From Leucoraja ocellata (taxonomy: Eukaryota): 64,000 nucleotides of DNA. A program made the position numbers and the translations under genes. The DNA lies in NCBI GenBank assembly GCA_036785375.1, contig JAWMAR010000036.1:620001-684000 (forward strand), read 5' to 3'. Shown in pieces: positions 63,267 to 64,000 of the stretch. Each line of letters begins with the position of its first letter. Position 1 is the first letter of the stretch. The notes below the pieces were generated by a model that was given only the letters and a program-made list of their open reading frames with translations, searched no databases and was not told the DNA's origin.

Positions 63267-64000
63267 ATGGCTGACCCTACATAAGCCTGACCCGTTAGTA
63301 TTTGATGCTGACATCAGATTACGATGGCGTGTTTTCGAAGAAGATTACGATGTCTACATGGATGCTGCTCATCATGACAAGCCCCCACGAGTCCAAGCAT
63401 CTATTCTTAACTCGGCTGGTCTGGAGGCAATTCGACGAGCAAAGCTGTTTGTCTATGCAACGGCTGTGCATGATGCAGCTGGTGCAATCGTTACACCAAC
63501 GGAATCGATCCACGATCTGATATTCTTGAAGAACAAGTTTAGATGGCTTTGTGACCCGCGGACCAATCTTATCATAAAACGCCAAAAGTTTTTTGTGTGC
63601 CAGAAGCCAGGTGAGCCTGTTGAAGCTTATATCAACTCGCTGAAACACATTGCCAGCAGTTGCAGATTTGGTGATCTTTGTGAAGAGCTCATCAGAGACA
63701 GGCTCGCGTGTGGTGTCCTTAATGACAAATTGAGAAGGGATCTGCAACGTGCCTCAGATCTCACCATAAACAAGGCTGAACAGACTTGTCGAATCCACGA
63801 GGTAACAAATGCTCACTCTTTGAGCTCCACACCGCAGTCTGCCTTGAGCATAGAATGTATTTCAGAATGCAACGCTGACCAAAGGACATGCCTGGCAGGC
63901 CTGGAGCACAATCTATCAGTGAATGTACCAACTGTGGTGGCTCTCACAGCCAAACGGGAAAAATGCCCAGCTTTTGGGAAAATTTGTCATGGTTGCAATC
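63267..64000 (+). pseudogene. Gypsy gag (frameshifted), running off the window end
   Basis: WRVFEEDYDVY...QKPGEPVEAYINSLKHIASSCRFGDLCEELIRDRLACGV...LTINKAEQTCR, then Zn knuckle CTNCGGSH...CPAFGKICHGC. Confidence 0.88.

Overview
Vertebrate genomic DNA, most likely a cartilaginous fish (skate/ray-like). This is inferred from HE1/V-type SINEs, abundant CR1 LINEs and Penelope pLTR fragments. The window opens with the last two coding exons (524-620, 3460-3593) and the 3' UTR of gephyrin (GPHN, + strand). About 25 kb of repeat-dense intergenic DNA follows, then a CpG island at ~29.8-30.5 kb with a candidate first-exon donor. By vertebrate synteny this is probably the PALS1/MPP5 promoter, but no PALS1 coding exon was recognised. 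The rest is presumably intronic and packed with nested mobile elements: CR1, L2, Rex1/Babar, RTE and RTEX-like LINEs; Penelope elements with hammerhead-ribozyme motifs; Tc1, hAT and PIF/Harbinger elements; a decayed class I endogenous retrovirus; and a Gypsy LTR element. The most unusual observations are four. (1) The ERV has its env gene split and permuted, with the SU-end/TM part placed upstream of pol and fused in frame to RT. (2) A 2.7-kb TA-flanked DNA transposon carries a tRNA-like Pol III head and tandem ~1-kb units, each with a 125-nt palindrome. (3) A 193-bp near-perfect inverted repeat lies in the last GPHN intron and overlaps a decoy terminal exon. (4) There are ~200-bp hammerhead-bearing mini-retroelements with 14-15-bp TSDs. 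All calls are by eye with no database searches, and repeat boundaries are approximate unless TIRs or TSDs are quoted.
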